Shown one piece after another: positions 29,664 through 37,973 of a DNA stretch of 64,000 nt. The stretch is from Nitrosarchaeum sp. (lineage in GTDB: Archaea > Thermoproteota > Nitrososphaeria > Nitrososphaerales > Nitrosopumilaceae): contig OZ245020.1 of assembly GCA_965223865.1 (NCBI GenBank), positions 1,312,001-1,376,000 on the forward strand. Direction: 5' to 3'. The position numbers and the translations under genes are program-made. The notes beneath the pieces were generated by a model. That model saw nothing but the letters and a program-made list of their open reading frames with translations, was not told where the DNA came from and made no database searches. Within the stretch, counting starts at the first letter, position 1. Each line of letters opens with the position of its first letter.

Positions 29664-30971
29664 TTACTGACCAATAAAGCATCTCTGAAATTGCTTTAAC
29701 AATTCTAAATTACCTTGTACTTTGATTTTTCCAGAATTGATGGCACCAATTTCTTCTTTAGGAGAAGTTTCTTTGTTAACCATTTTGAGCCATAATTCAG
29801 AATCAGAAATTATTCTTAGATCAGCAGTTCCAACATGTTCATCCTTAACGTCTATAATTTCGTCTTTGATTATTATGGTTCCCTTTCTTGTTTCCTTTCC
29901 AGTAGATTCAAAATGAACAGTCATGTTAACGTCTCTTGCATGTTTTTGCTCAAATGCAACACGTACACCAGTAAGAAAGCTGTTAATTGAATTTGGTCTA
30001 AACACATTTCGTATTATTCGAACATCTTTGTTTGGGTTTTTTCTGGCATATTCTTCTGCATGAGTGTCTTTTGCAACATAGATTGGCTCTTTTTTGTTTG
30101 TAAGAGGTTTTAGGATGTTTTTTACCCAATCTTGAGGATTCGCCTTGTAGATTCCCACTTGATTTTCCCCTGCAGGACACACAGAAATGCAATATGCTGC
30201 CTTGTATTGAGGGCCGTAGGACAAGGATTGCCATTTTGAAACATTTTCACTATCATCAGATTTTTTTCTAAATTCCTTGACATTGTTTGACTCTACAATA
30301 GTTTCTATCCAATCTTCAAAACCACCCATAAAATCTCTATAATTATGAGTCATGCACCCATTGAAGTCAACTCCTTTTCGTACATCAAGTGCACCAACGG
30401 GACAGGATGCAACACATAACTGACATCCAATACATGGATCATAATCAATTGGTCTGTCATACTTGTCAACTTCTGAATCAATCAAAATTGAATCAAGCAA
30501 CATGAATGTACCAAACTTTGGATGAAGTATCATCCTGTTAATTCCAGTCTTACCAATTCCAGCTTGTTCAGCAATTGGCTTGTGACTAATTTCCCAGATT
30601 TTGCCAGCCCATCTATTCATGTCCATAGGGAAAACGGGATGGCATGCAACACCTCTAATGCTAATTTCATTTAGACGTTTGATGATTTTTCTTGCAATTA
30701 TTGACAAATCAGCATATGTTTTATGGAATTCTTCACTTGCCAAAGATCTTGATGGACTCTGAATGTTTTCAGGATTTGTTCTAACACAAAATGAGATTAT
30801 TGTTTTTGTCTTATAGTACAACCCCAAGGCTTCTTCTTTCACAGGTCCTAGTTCCTTACGATCTATCTCTACAAAACCTGCATCATCAGCACCTTCTTCC
30901 AAACAAATTTTTCGCAAAAGCTCTGATGATGCACCTTGAAACATTGTAAGTTTTTTCGCATTACTTTTCAT
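29664..30971 (-). CDS. QueG/reductive-dehalogenase-like 4Fe-4S protein with C-terminal SCP2 domain
   Basis: SHK..AE.AG.G..G.N, HPKFG, C..C..C...CP..A and C...CP clusters; C-terminal ADL.I......W......GKIKV.G (SCP2-like). Confidence 0.8.
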   Translation of the reverse strand: MKSNAKKLTMFQGASSELLRKICLEEGADDAGFVEIDRKELGPVKEEALGLYYKTKTIISFCVRTNPENIQSPSRSLASEEFHKTYADLSIIARKIIKRLNEISIRGVACHPVFPMDMNRWAGKIWEISHKPIAEQAGIGKTGINRMILHPKFGTFMLLDSILIDSEVDKYDRPIDYDPCIGCQLCVASCPVGALDVRKGVDFNGCMTHNYRDFMGGFEDWIETIVESNNVKEFRKKSDDSENVSKWQSLSYGPQYKAAYCISVCPAGENQVGIYKANPQDWVKNILKPLTNKKEPIYVAKDTHAEEYARKNPNKDVRIIRNVFRPNSINSFLTGVRVAFEQKHARDVNMTVHFESTGKETRKGTIIIKDEIIDVKDEHVGTADLRIISDSELWLKMVNKETSPKEEIGAINSGKIKVQGNLELLKQFQRCFIGQ

Positions 30972-31005
30972 TATACAGGTACTTTACAAAAGTAAGTAAA
31001 TAAGA

Positions 31006-31029
31006 TAGCAAGTAACCTTTTGGTAACAT
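31006..31029 (-). promoter_or_regulatory. operator copy 1 (putative HxlR-family site)
   Basis: TAGCAAGTAACCTTTTGGTAACAT upstream of 29664-30971. Confidence 0.7.
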
Positions 31030-31076
31030 ACTCAAAGACAAACCAAAAATGAAAAACAAAATAAGAAAAATAGAGT

Positions 31077-31394
31077 TTAAGGATTAGCCGTTTCTAGTTT
31101 ATCCTGTATTCTGTCATAGTATCCATTGAGTTCTGCTCCTGGAACATGGAATTCTGCTGTAACTATACTGCCAGGAGGAGAATTACAGTCAGGTACAACA
31201 TAACTATGACCTTTGCTTGTTTCAACCACACATCCAGCCTCAATTACTGCAATAACTTCTACATTTTCAGTTACTTGTGCAGGAATGTAGTTCCAAGGAT
31301 TGATGGTGATAGCTACAATAGCAATTGTTGCTCCAGTAATTAACAGTACCATCATTAATGTAGGTTTTTTGTCATCTTTTTGTTGTTGAAACAT
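31077..31394 (-). CDS. membrane-anchored hypothetical protein (paralog of 24049-24369)
   Basis: TM helix; VTE.V.VIA....GCVVET ... C...PG ... GYY.R.Q. Confidence 0.75.
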   Translation of the reverse strand: MFQQQKDDKKPTLMMVLLITGATIAIVAITINPWNYIPAQVTENVEVIAVIEAGCVVETSKGHSYVVPDCNSPPGSIVTAEFHVPGAELNGYYDRIQDKLETANP

Positions 31395-31432
31395 TTGTAT
31401 TCCTAATCATTACAACAATATCAAAGATAAAT

Positions 31433-31456
31433 TAGCAAGTTACCAAAAGGTAACAT
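31433..31456 (-). promoter_or_regulatory. operator copy 2
   Basis: TAGCAAGTTACCAAAAGGTAACAT between divergent 31394 and 31544 starts. Confidence 0.7.
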
Positions 31457-31543
31457 AGAATAATTTAGGATTTTAAAATTGTTACATTTATAAAGTTGCT
31501 GTATAAAGTAAAGTTATTAAATACAATTCAATTTTAGAATAAT

Positions 31544-31960
31544 ATGATACCCCTACAACAACATCTAGATGAATTTGGGATGAAAACTTGTCCTCTCGAG
31601 GTTAGTTTAAGCATAATTGGGAAAAAATTTACCATTCACATTGTAAGAAACATGCTTTTGTTAAAGCAAAAACGATTCAACGAATTTCTAAATTCCATGG
31701 AAGGAATCAGCACCAAAACCCTATCAGTACGCCTAAAAGAGATGGAGGATGCAGGTTTGATTAATCGCAACATCATTGAAAGAAGACCATTGAAAGTAGA
31801 GTACTCTCTTACTGAAAAAGGAGAAGCACTTGCTCCAATCATGATACAGATGGCAAACTTTTCCATGCATTGGGAATCAAAAAAAGTTTTCAAAAATAAA
31901 AAACCTTCAACAATTAAGGAAACGTTTGGAACTGAGCGATTAGCTAAAGTTTGGGATTAG
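31544..31960 (+). CDS. HxlR/YodB-family redox-sensing transcriptional regulator
   Basis: CP.E..L.IIG.K, RFNE, IS.KTLS.RLKE.E..GLI.R, VEYSLTEKG. Confidence 0.92.
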   Translation: MIPLQQHLDEFGMKTCPLEVSLSIIGKKFTIHIVRNMLLLKQKRFNEFLNSMEGISTKTLSVRLKEMEDAGLINRNIIERRPLKVEYSLTEKGEALAPIMIQMANFSMHWESKKVFKNKKPSTIKETFGTERLAKVWD

Positions 31961-31984
31961 AATTCAACCGTTTCTAATAAAAAC

Positions 31985-32008
31985 ATGTTACTTTTTGGTA
32001 ACTTGCTA
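31985..32008 (+). promoter_or_regulatory. operator copy 3
   Basis: ATGTTACTTTTTGGTAACTTGCTA upstream of 32043. Confidence 0.7.
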
Positions 32009-32042
32009 ACTTATAGCATACAAAAATCACTTTTATTCATAA

Positions 32043-32345
32043 TTGTCACTCCGAACCCCCATTAATGATACAACAAAAATAATGATAATTCTTCTAGTAG
32101 GAATTGCGGCAAGTCTAGTAGTTATTTCTGTAATTGGAATACCTTATGATCAAGCTTGTAGAGAAATTCATAATTATTCAAAGCAAGCAGCTGAGGAGGA
32201 TTCCCCATATGAACCAGATCCTGAAAAATAATTGGATGCATTTAGACAGGAATTTGGAGATTCGTGGGCAGTGGGATACTATGATGAGAAAAAGGATTCA
32301 CTGCATGTGTGCAAGTTTAAGGAACATAATTTTTTGATTTTCTAA
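32043..32345 (+). pseudogene. membrane-anchored protein with an internal stop codon
   Basis: Frame continues past TAA at 32229-32231 as LDAFRQEFGDSWAVGYYDEKKDSLHVCKFKE; the paralog at 28520 has CAA at this codon. Confidence 0.7.
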
Positions 32346-32376
32346 GCTGCTGGAAAACGCATTCGCAAGGGTTTTC

Positions 32377-32751
32377 TCAATACATAGTATTGTTATTTTC
32401 TGAATTTTCAGGAATTTGTTGGATAGAATCCCAATGCTCCACTATCTTCCCATTCTCATCAAACCTGAAAAAGTCCATTGTCACGTACTCGTCATTTCCG
32501 GGCCAAGTCTGGTGCGTGTGCAAGGCGACCAGATCCCCTTCTGCAATGACTCTCACAAACTCTATGCCCTTTTCAGGATACTCTTTTGACATACGCTCAA
32601 AATAATCGATGAACCCTTGTCTTCCGTTTGCTACTGCAGGATTGTGTTGAATGTAATCATCTCCTACAAATTTCTCAACAGCCTCTTTTGGATTGCCTTC
32701 ATAGGCCATCCTGTAAAACGCTATTGCATTTTGTTTATTTTCTTCAAGCAC
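32377..32751 (-). CDS. SnoaL/NTF2-like protein
   Basis: YIQHNP...G..GF, AEGDLV..H, DFFRFD..GKIVEHWD. Confidence 0.9.
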   Translation of the reverse strand: MLEENKQNAIAFYRMAYEGNPKEAVEKFVGDDYIQHNPAVANGRQGFIDYFERMSKEYPEKGIEFVRVIAEGDLVALHTHQTWPGNDEYVTMDFFRFDENGKIVEHWDSIQQIPENSENNNTMY

Positions 32752-32839
32752 AACAAAGAAATCAATTGAGCATACTTTAGTATTTCAGATTCAGTATTAT
32801 GGAATATTGGACCGTTTATTCTTAGTTGGAAGAATAAAA

Positions 32840-33898
32840 TCAGTTCATCTCTTGCAATAATGACAATCCCAATTTATGAACTGGTTTCATAGCTCTGTTT
32901 GTTAGAACAACAGCAGCTGATTGGTTTTGCAGATTCATGCACATGAAACTAGAAAACCCTTGTGTGCCACCATCATGTCCAAGAACATCGACATTTTCTT
33001 GTGGAAACACAAACCACCCTATACGAAAAGTAGACAAGAAAATTCCAACAGATTTTGTAAATAATTTCATAGATGTGGGGATTTTTGGAGTGGTTTTGGT
33101 ATTTTGGCAGTATTCAAAAACAGGGGAGAGTTTTGTTTTGGTCAAGCCCAGGCTTGCTTTTAGGAACTTTATCATGTCAGATGTAGTTGAACGCAAACTT
33201 GCAGCTGCCTCTATTGCAGGAACATTCCAGTAATCAGTTTGTTTATTCCTAAAGGAATAGCCTGTTGCCAGTTTATGTTTATGGGATTCAAAAATGTCAA
33301 TCCCAGTATCTCTCATATCAAGCACATCACAAACATGACTTTTCACGAGTTGTTCGTATGAACTTCCAGTGATTCTTTCAAGTACTTTCCCTGCCAAACC
33401 AAAAGCGAGATTTGAATACATCCACGTATTTCCAGGAGAATTTTTTAGTTTTTGTGTGGACATGTATTTTAGAAATTTTTTTGTATCGTATTCGTATTCC
33501 GCAATTCGTGATTTGCCAGTAGACATTATTGACAACATTTGAGAGGCAAATACAGAAAATGAAAATTCTGAAATTCCTGAAGTATGTGTAAGAAGATGAT
33601 TCAAAGTAATGTTATTTTTATCAAATGCAGAATCTTTTAGCTCTGGTAGGAATATAGTTATAGGTTCATCAAGTGATAATATTCCTTCTTGTTGTAATTT
33701 CACTGCAAGTATAGCAGTAAAGGTCTTTGTCATTGAGCCAATCTCAAAAACGGTATCGGTAGTTGGTTCAGTATTTGATTTTTTTTCAATTTCTCCATAA
33801 TTGAAAGTTTGAATGCCATTTTCATTGATTAACCCAACAGAAATTCCGGGACTTTTCCCAGATGTGACATGTTGTTTGAGAAGAGATTCAATACTCAC
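32840..33898 (-). CDS. serine hydrolase, beta-lactamase class C / AmpC-like family
   Basis: FEIGSMTK (SxxK), LLTHTSG, YSN, HDGG. Confidence 0.9.
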   Translation of the reverse strand: MSIESLLKQHVTSGKSPGISVGLINENGIQTFNYGEIEKKSNTEPTTDTVFEIGSMTKTFTAILAVKLQQEGILSLDEPITIFLPELKDSAFDKNNITLNHLLTHTSGISEFSFSVFASQMLSIMSTGKSRIAEYEYDTKKFLKYMSTQKLKNSPGNTWMYSNLAFGLAGKVLERITGSSYEQLVKSHVCDVLDMRDTGIDIFESHKHKLATGYSFRNKQTDYWNVPAIEAAASLRSTTSDMIKFLKASLGLTKTKLSPVFEYCQNTKTTPKIPTSMKLFTKSVGIFLSTFRIGWFVFPQENVDVLGHDGGTQGFSSFMCMNLQNQSAAVVLTNRAMKPVHKLGLSLLQEMN

Positions 33899-35115
33899 TT
33901 TATTTTCTCATCCCAATTCACCTTGTAAGAGAATATCCAATTTTGTCCTTTTTTGAAATTGGATTCACGTAAACCAACTTTAAGGAAAATTTTAGCGGCA
34001 ATCTTGCCCAAAATTCCAGATCTTAGAAATATGTTGCCGCTTTTCTGTGCTTCCATTACTATTCTCTCCACTCTGTCCTTTCGCAAAGACTCAAACTTTG
34101 TAAATGATTGCTCATGGTCAGAAACATCCCTAAGGCATTTTGCAAGGGCCACTGCATCCTCCATTGAGGCTGCCGCACCCTGGCCTATGTGGGGGGATGT
34201 GGCATGTGCAGCATCTCCAATCAGACACACCCTACCCTTATGCCACTTGTCCAAATGTGGGATGGAATAGATTGGAATCTTGACATAGTCTCTTGACATC
34301 TTGATGAATCTCTTTATCTGATCATCCTCTTTGTGAAACTCGAGCAATTTTTTTGTCCATTGTTCATCTGAGATATTTTTCAGCTCAGTCTTTATGGATT
34401 CTTCAGGATATGGAACATAACTCCACCAAACCATATTGTTGTCTGCTTCTACTGATGCACCACACAAGGTATTTTTGGCAAGGGTCATGTGAAATGCATT
34501 TGGTTCCAAACTGTGATCACTTTTTTTGCCCAACTCAGATCCTATCACGACAGTTCCAGAATATTCAGGCAATGGCGCACCAGGCAAGATTGCCTCTCTT
34601 GTCTTGGAGCGCAATCCGTCACAGCCTATTAGGAGATCCCCTTCTGCGCAAGTTCCGTCTTCAAAATGCGCAGTTACCTTTTCATCTGTCTCTTTGACAT
34701 CAACAAGTCTTTTTCCAAACTCCACAGGCATGCCAATGGATATGGCCTTTTGGGTCATCTCATGAATTAAATTCTCACGCCTGATGATTACCATGCCAGA
34801 ACCAAACTTTTCTCTCATCCATCCCCCAAAATCCATCTTGAAGATGTTCTTTCCGGAATGATTGTAAAAAAAGATCTTTGTAGAGTCGTCTACATTGATG
34901 CTCTTGTACACATCCAACATCTTCAAAATATTGATTCCGTTTGAGGTCAAAGAGAGCAGCCCAAAGTTTGGAGGTTTCTTATGTGCCTCATATATCTCTG
35001 AGTCAATTCCAGCACGATTTAGTGCAAGTGCCAAAGTTGGACCTGCAATTCCACATCCTACAATTATCACCTTTTTCTTATCTTTTTTATTTTCTGTGGA
35101 ATTCTCTGCTGTCAT
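33895..35115 (-). CDS. FAD-dependent monooxygenase (group A flavoprotein hydroxylase)
   Basis: G.GIAG, DG..S..R, LIGDAAH...P..GQGA....EDA. Confidence 0.92.
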   Translation of the reverse strand: MTAENSTENKKDKKKVIIVGCGIAGPTLALALNRAGIDSEIYEAHKKPPNFGLLSLTSNGINILKMLDVYKSINVDDSTKIFFYNHSGKNIFKMDFGGWMREKFGSGMVIIRRENLIHEMTQKAISIGMPVEFGKRLVDVKETDEKVTAHFEDGTCAEGDLLIGCDGLRSKTREAILPGAPLPEYSGTVVIGSELGKKSDHSLEPNAFHMTLAKNTLCGASVEADNNMVWWSYVPYPEESIKTELKNISDEQWTKKLLEFHKEDDQIKRFIKMSRDYVKIPIYSIPHLDKWHKGRVCLIGDAAHATSPHIGQGAAASMEDAVALAKCLRDVSDHEQSFTKFESLRKDRVERIVMEAQKSGNIFLRSGILGKIAAKIFLKVGLRESNFKKGQNWIFSYKVNWDEKIK

Positions 35116-35161
35116 TTTTTGTTCTCTTTGCTGTATCTTAGTTCTGAAATTATATAAACCG

Positions 35162-35175
35162 ACCGGTGCACCGGT
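35162..35175. promoter_or_regulatory. perfect palindrome, putative TetR operator
   Basis: ACCGGTGCACCGGT in the divergent monooxygenase/TetR intergenic region. Confidence 0.7.
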
Positions 35176-35245
35176 ATGTATTAGTTTTATAGTTGAGAAC
35201 CAAATCAGTAGAATTTAGATACTGGTGTGTGTCCTATTGTAGATA

Positions 35246-35845
35246 GTGAAGAAAACCCGTGTCAAAGACCCTGTTTCTGTAAAAAAAAGAATACTGGAAT
35301 CAGCTACAAAGAATTTTGCAAAAAACGGGTATGCAAAGACATCGCTTAATTCGATTGCAGAATCTGCCAAGGTAAGCAAAGGAGGACTGTACCATCACTT
35401 TCAAAGCAAGGAGGAACTGTTTACTGCAGTACTGTTTCAAAGCGTAGAACTTTCTGAAAAAACCAACTCAAATCTATTTCAAAACAAGGACAACATTGTA
35501 AAAGATCTGAACGAAAGTTATGACAAGGTAATTGACGGACCATTAAATTTTGCCAAAATCTGGATAGAGGGAATTTCTGAGTCAATACATAATCCAAAGC
35601 TCAGAAAACTGCTAAATCAGGGACGAGGTGAAACGGTAAAAATTGCAGTATCAAGACTAAAGAAAATACGAGAAGGTATAGGCGCATATCAAGGATTTAG
35701 TGATTCTGAGTTGACAGAGGTGGCAGAGTTAGTTTTGGACATATACAGAGGAATGATGATTGAAAGAGTATTGGGAAAGGACTCAAAATTGATCAGAAAG
35801 CGATGGATCAAAGCAATGCAATTGCTTTTGGCTTTGAAAAAATGA
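35246..35845 (+). CDS. TetR/AcrR-family regulator
   Basis: ILESA...F...GY..TS...IA..A.VSKG.LYHHF.SKEEL. Confidence 0.95.
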   Translation: MKKTRVKDPVSVKKRILESATKNFAKNGYAKTSLNSIAESAKVSKGGLYHHFQSKEELFTAVLFQSVELSEKTNSNLFQNKDNIVKDLNESYDKVIDGPLNFAKIWIEGISESIHNPKLRKLLNQGRGETVKIAVSRLKKIREGIGAYQGFSDSELTEVAELVLDIYRGMMIERVLGKDSKLIRKRWIKAMQLLLALKK

Positions 35846-35894
35846 GGTTAAGTTTTTACTACTAATCATGTTCTTGAATTGTAAACATGTTAGT

Positions 35895-36170
35895 TTATTT
35901 TAAAAAATAATCCACGGATTTTCGAGATGTTATATTTGCCTCGTTTTTGGAATTGTATTTTGAGTTTCCTAGTCTGAGTGAATAACCTATTAGTAAAAAC
36001 AGGGCAATTGCAGGAATGGTAAATCCTACTGCTACTATACCATACAGTACTTCTTTTGTCAATACATTTGCAAGAAAATTCTGGATTGGAGGAAAAGCAA
36101 CCACAATCAAGCTAGTTAAAAGTGAAGAAAACATGAAAAGTCCAAAATATTGCCACTTGTGATTTTGCAT
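35895..36170 (-). CDS. small membrane protein
   Basis: Two TM helices. Confidence 0.6.
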   Translation of the reverse strand: MQNHKWQYFGLFMFSSLLTSLIVVAFPPIQNFLANVLTKEVLYGIVAVGFTIPAIALFLLIGYSLRLGNSKYNSKNEANITSRKSVDYFLK

Positions 36171-36258
36171 TTGTAATTGTTAGTTAGCAGTAGAATTTAT
36201 CTTTGATTAAAAATAACGTAAATTTGGTGACAATTAAAGTAATTTATTAATTAAACAA

Positions 36259-36831
36259 TTACCTATTTGCATTTATTTGATTTCTTTTCTGTTTGAATGC
36301 CCAAAGTATGGCTACAAAAGCAGATGCCATAATTGAGCTAAATGCCAGATTTGCTACACTAAACATTGCATAAAGGGAAGCTTCTGCAATGTTTTCACGA
36401 AGAACCAGCGAATTATTGCTAATTTCAACGAGTTTTACATGATATGAAGAACTATCTTGCGGAGTCCACGTAAGTGATTCTGCATTCAGAATCATTCTAT
36501 CCAAATTCTCTTGCATACGGTTAAAGTCAGTAGTCATTGTAGGATAGATAAAAACAGGATTACCCTTATGCGGCAGATTTGTTTTTATCTCTTCAAGATT
36601 GGAATAGATCTCTTGAGGATCAGAGGAACTCATTACAATTCCTAACTGTGTTCTACTTTTGTCAAGGGGGTAAATGGCACCAAAATAATAACTAGTAAAC
36701 ATATATCCTGCAAAAACGACAACTGCAAGCATCCCAACAACATATGGAAGATAGATCTTGTTTATCATTTGTTTTCCATTTTGTTTATGTACTTTATTTC
36801 TTTTTTTGAAACTTGGGTGATTATAATCCAA
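36259..36831 (-). CDS. two-TM hypothetical protein (paralog of 28968-29513)
   Basis: NPVFIYP...TDF.RMQ and DSSSYH; real start possibly the downstream MINKIY. Confidence 0.75.
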   Translation of the reverse strand: MDYNHPSFKKRNKVHKQNGKQMINKIYLPYVVGMLAVVVFAGYMFTSYYFGAIYPLDKSRTQLGIVMSSSDPQEIYSNLEEIKTNLPHKGNPVFIYPTMTTDFNRMQENLDRMILNAESLTWTPQDSSSYHVKLVEISNNSLVLRENIAEASLYAMFSVANLAFSSIMASAFVAILWAFKQKRNQINANR

Positions 36832-36985
36832 AAATCTCTTCCATCTCTATTCTTGGATTCTTTTTTGGAATTTTCCTAATGGAATTTCCAATATCCAAAT
36901 TTCGGTACTTTATCATGCATGCCATTGTAAATCCTATGATACCCAACATCATTATATCAATGGGTGTAGGTACAGGAAGATTCAT
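36821..36985 (-). CDS. small membrane protein (54 aa, not in ORF track)
   Basis: MNLPVPTPIDIMMLGIIGFTMACMIKYRNL...; co-oriented with neighbours. Confidence 0.5.
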   Translation of the reverse strand: MNLPVPTPIDIMMLGIIGFTMACMIKYRNLDIGNSIRKIPKKNPRIEMEEIFGL

Positions 36986-37029
36986 GATTAAGATATTACA
37001 TTCATGATTTTATAAAATGTTGTTTTTTT

Positions 37030-37068
37030 CCACGTGGGTACGTTCTAAAACACCTTAACTATATCCCC
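37030..37068 (-). repeat. right terminal inverted repeat
   Basis: Reverse complement GGGGATATAGTTAAG-N14-ACCCACGTGG. Confidence 0.9.
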
Positions 37069-37082
37069 ATACACGTTGTGCT
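37069..37082. repeat. target-site duplication, right copy
   Basis: ATACACGTTGTGCT. Confidence 0.92.
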
Positions 37083-37345
37083 CCCATTCAAATTTGAACC
37101 AAATATTGAACAATTTCAGATCTAAAACCTTATGAGAAGCGTCAGATTTCTAGGCGTAAACTGGAGGATTTCTATTTTTACTCTTTCTCGATGAATTCTT
37201 TCGCACCTTATCTATAAAATAAACAAAAACTAATCTCTAGAATTTTATTCATATGGAAAAGTGTTCTAATCATCTCTTTAAGATCCTACATTCTCAGATT
37301 TGATAATAGTCAATTAATTAATCTGCTTCTGACAGAGGTGGGTAT

Positions 37346-37873
37346 ATGTTGAATGAAAAAAGATTTGTAGAGTTGATATCTTCTAGACATTCGGTTCGTT
37401 CATTCAAAGATATCTCTATCTCAGAGGATAACTTAACCACAATAATTGATGCATCCACAAAAGGCCCTTCTTCTGGAAACCTACAATCCTATCATACTTT
37501 TATCGTAACTAAAAAGGATCACAAGAAAAAATTAGTTGATGCAGCACATGGACAGGGATACATAAATGAAGCACCATTAGTTATGATATTTTGTGCAGAT
37601 CCTAAAAGATGCAGTACCGAATACGAATCAAGAGGAGAAGAGTTGTTTTGTATTCAAGATGCAACAATTGCATGTGCATATGCTCAAATCTCTGCTCACA
37701 GCTTGGATCTTTCTTCAGTATGGATAGGCTCTTTTGATGAAGACAAAGTATCTGAAATATTGAATTTAGATAAGGATCTTAGACCTGTTGCCATTCTTCC
37801 AATAGGATTTTCAAATGAAACTCCTGAAATTACTGGTAGAAGATCAAAAGAAGAGATTATCCATAAAATCTAA
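37346..37873 (+). CDS. nitroreductase family protein
   Basis: R.SVR.F, PSSGN.Q, L.SVWIG. Confidence 0.9.
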   Translation: MLNEKRFVELISSRHSVRSFKDISISEDNLTTIIDASTKGPSSGNLQSYHTFIVTKKDHKKKLVDAAHGQGYINEAPLVMIFCADPKRCSTEYESRGEELFCIQDATIACAYAQISAHSLDLSSVWIGSFDEDKVSEILNLDKDLRPVAILPIGFSNETPEITGRRSKEEIIHKI

Positions 37874-37973
37874 AATAAAAATGGCTTATCCATTAAAATT
37901 TCTCAAAACATTCGAATTAGAAAAAGCACTAGACTTAGAATTAGATTGAAAATTTTCAATTGGGCGAAATTTT

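Larger units (their letters stand above)
25346..37068. mobile_element. casposon-like non-autonomous cargo element (11,723 bp)
   Basis: 39-bp imperfect TIRs starting GGGGATATAG, exact 14-bp flanking direct repeat, no Cas1/PolB/transposase ORF inside. Confidence 0.8.

Noticed and set aside
32840-33898. Calling the serine hydrolase a true beta-lactamase
   Set aside because: SxxK/YxN motifs are shared with family VIII esterases and peptidases; activity cannot be inferred
36813-37007. Plus-strand 64-aa ORF from the track
   Set aside because: The minus-strand ATG-started 54-aa ORF (36821-36985) fits neighbouring gene orientation better
25332-37082. True CRISPR array or cas locus
   Set aside because: Only two 14-bp repeats 11.7 kb apart and no cas genes; the resemblance is mechanistic only
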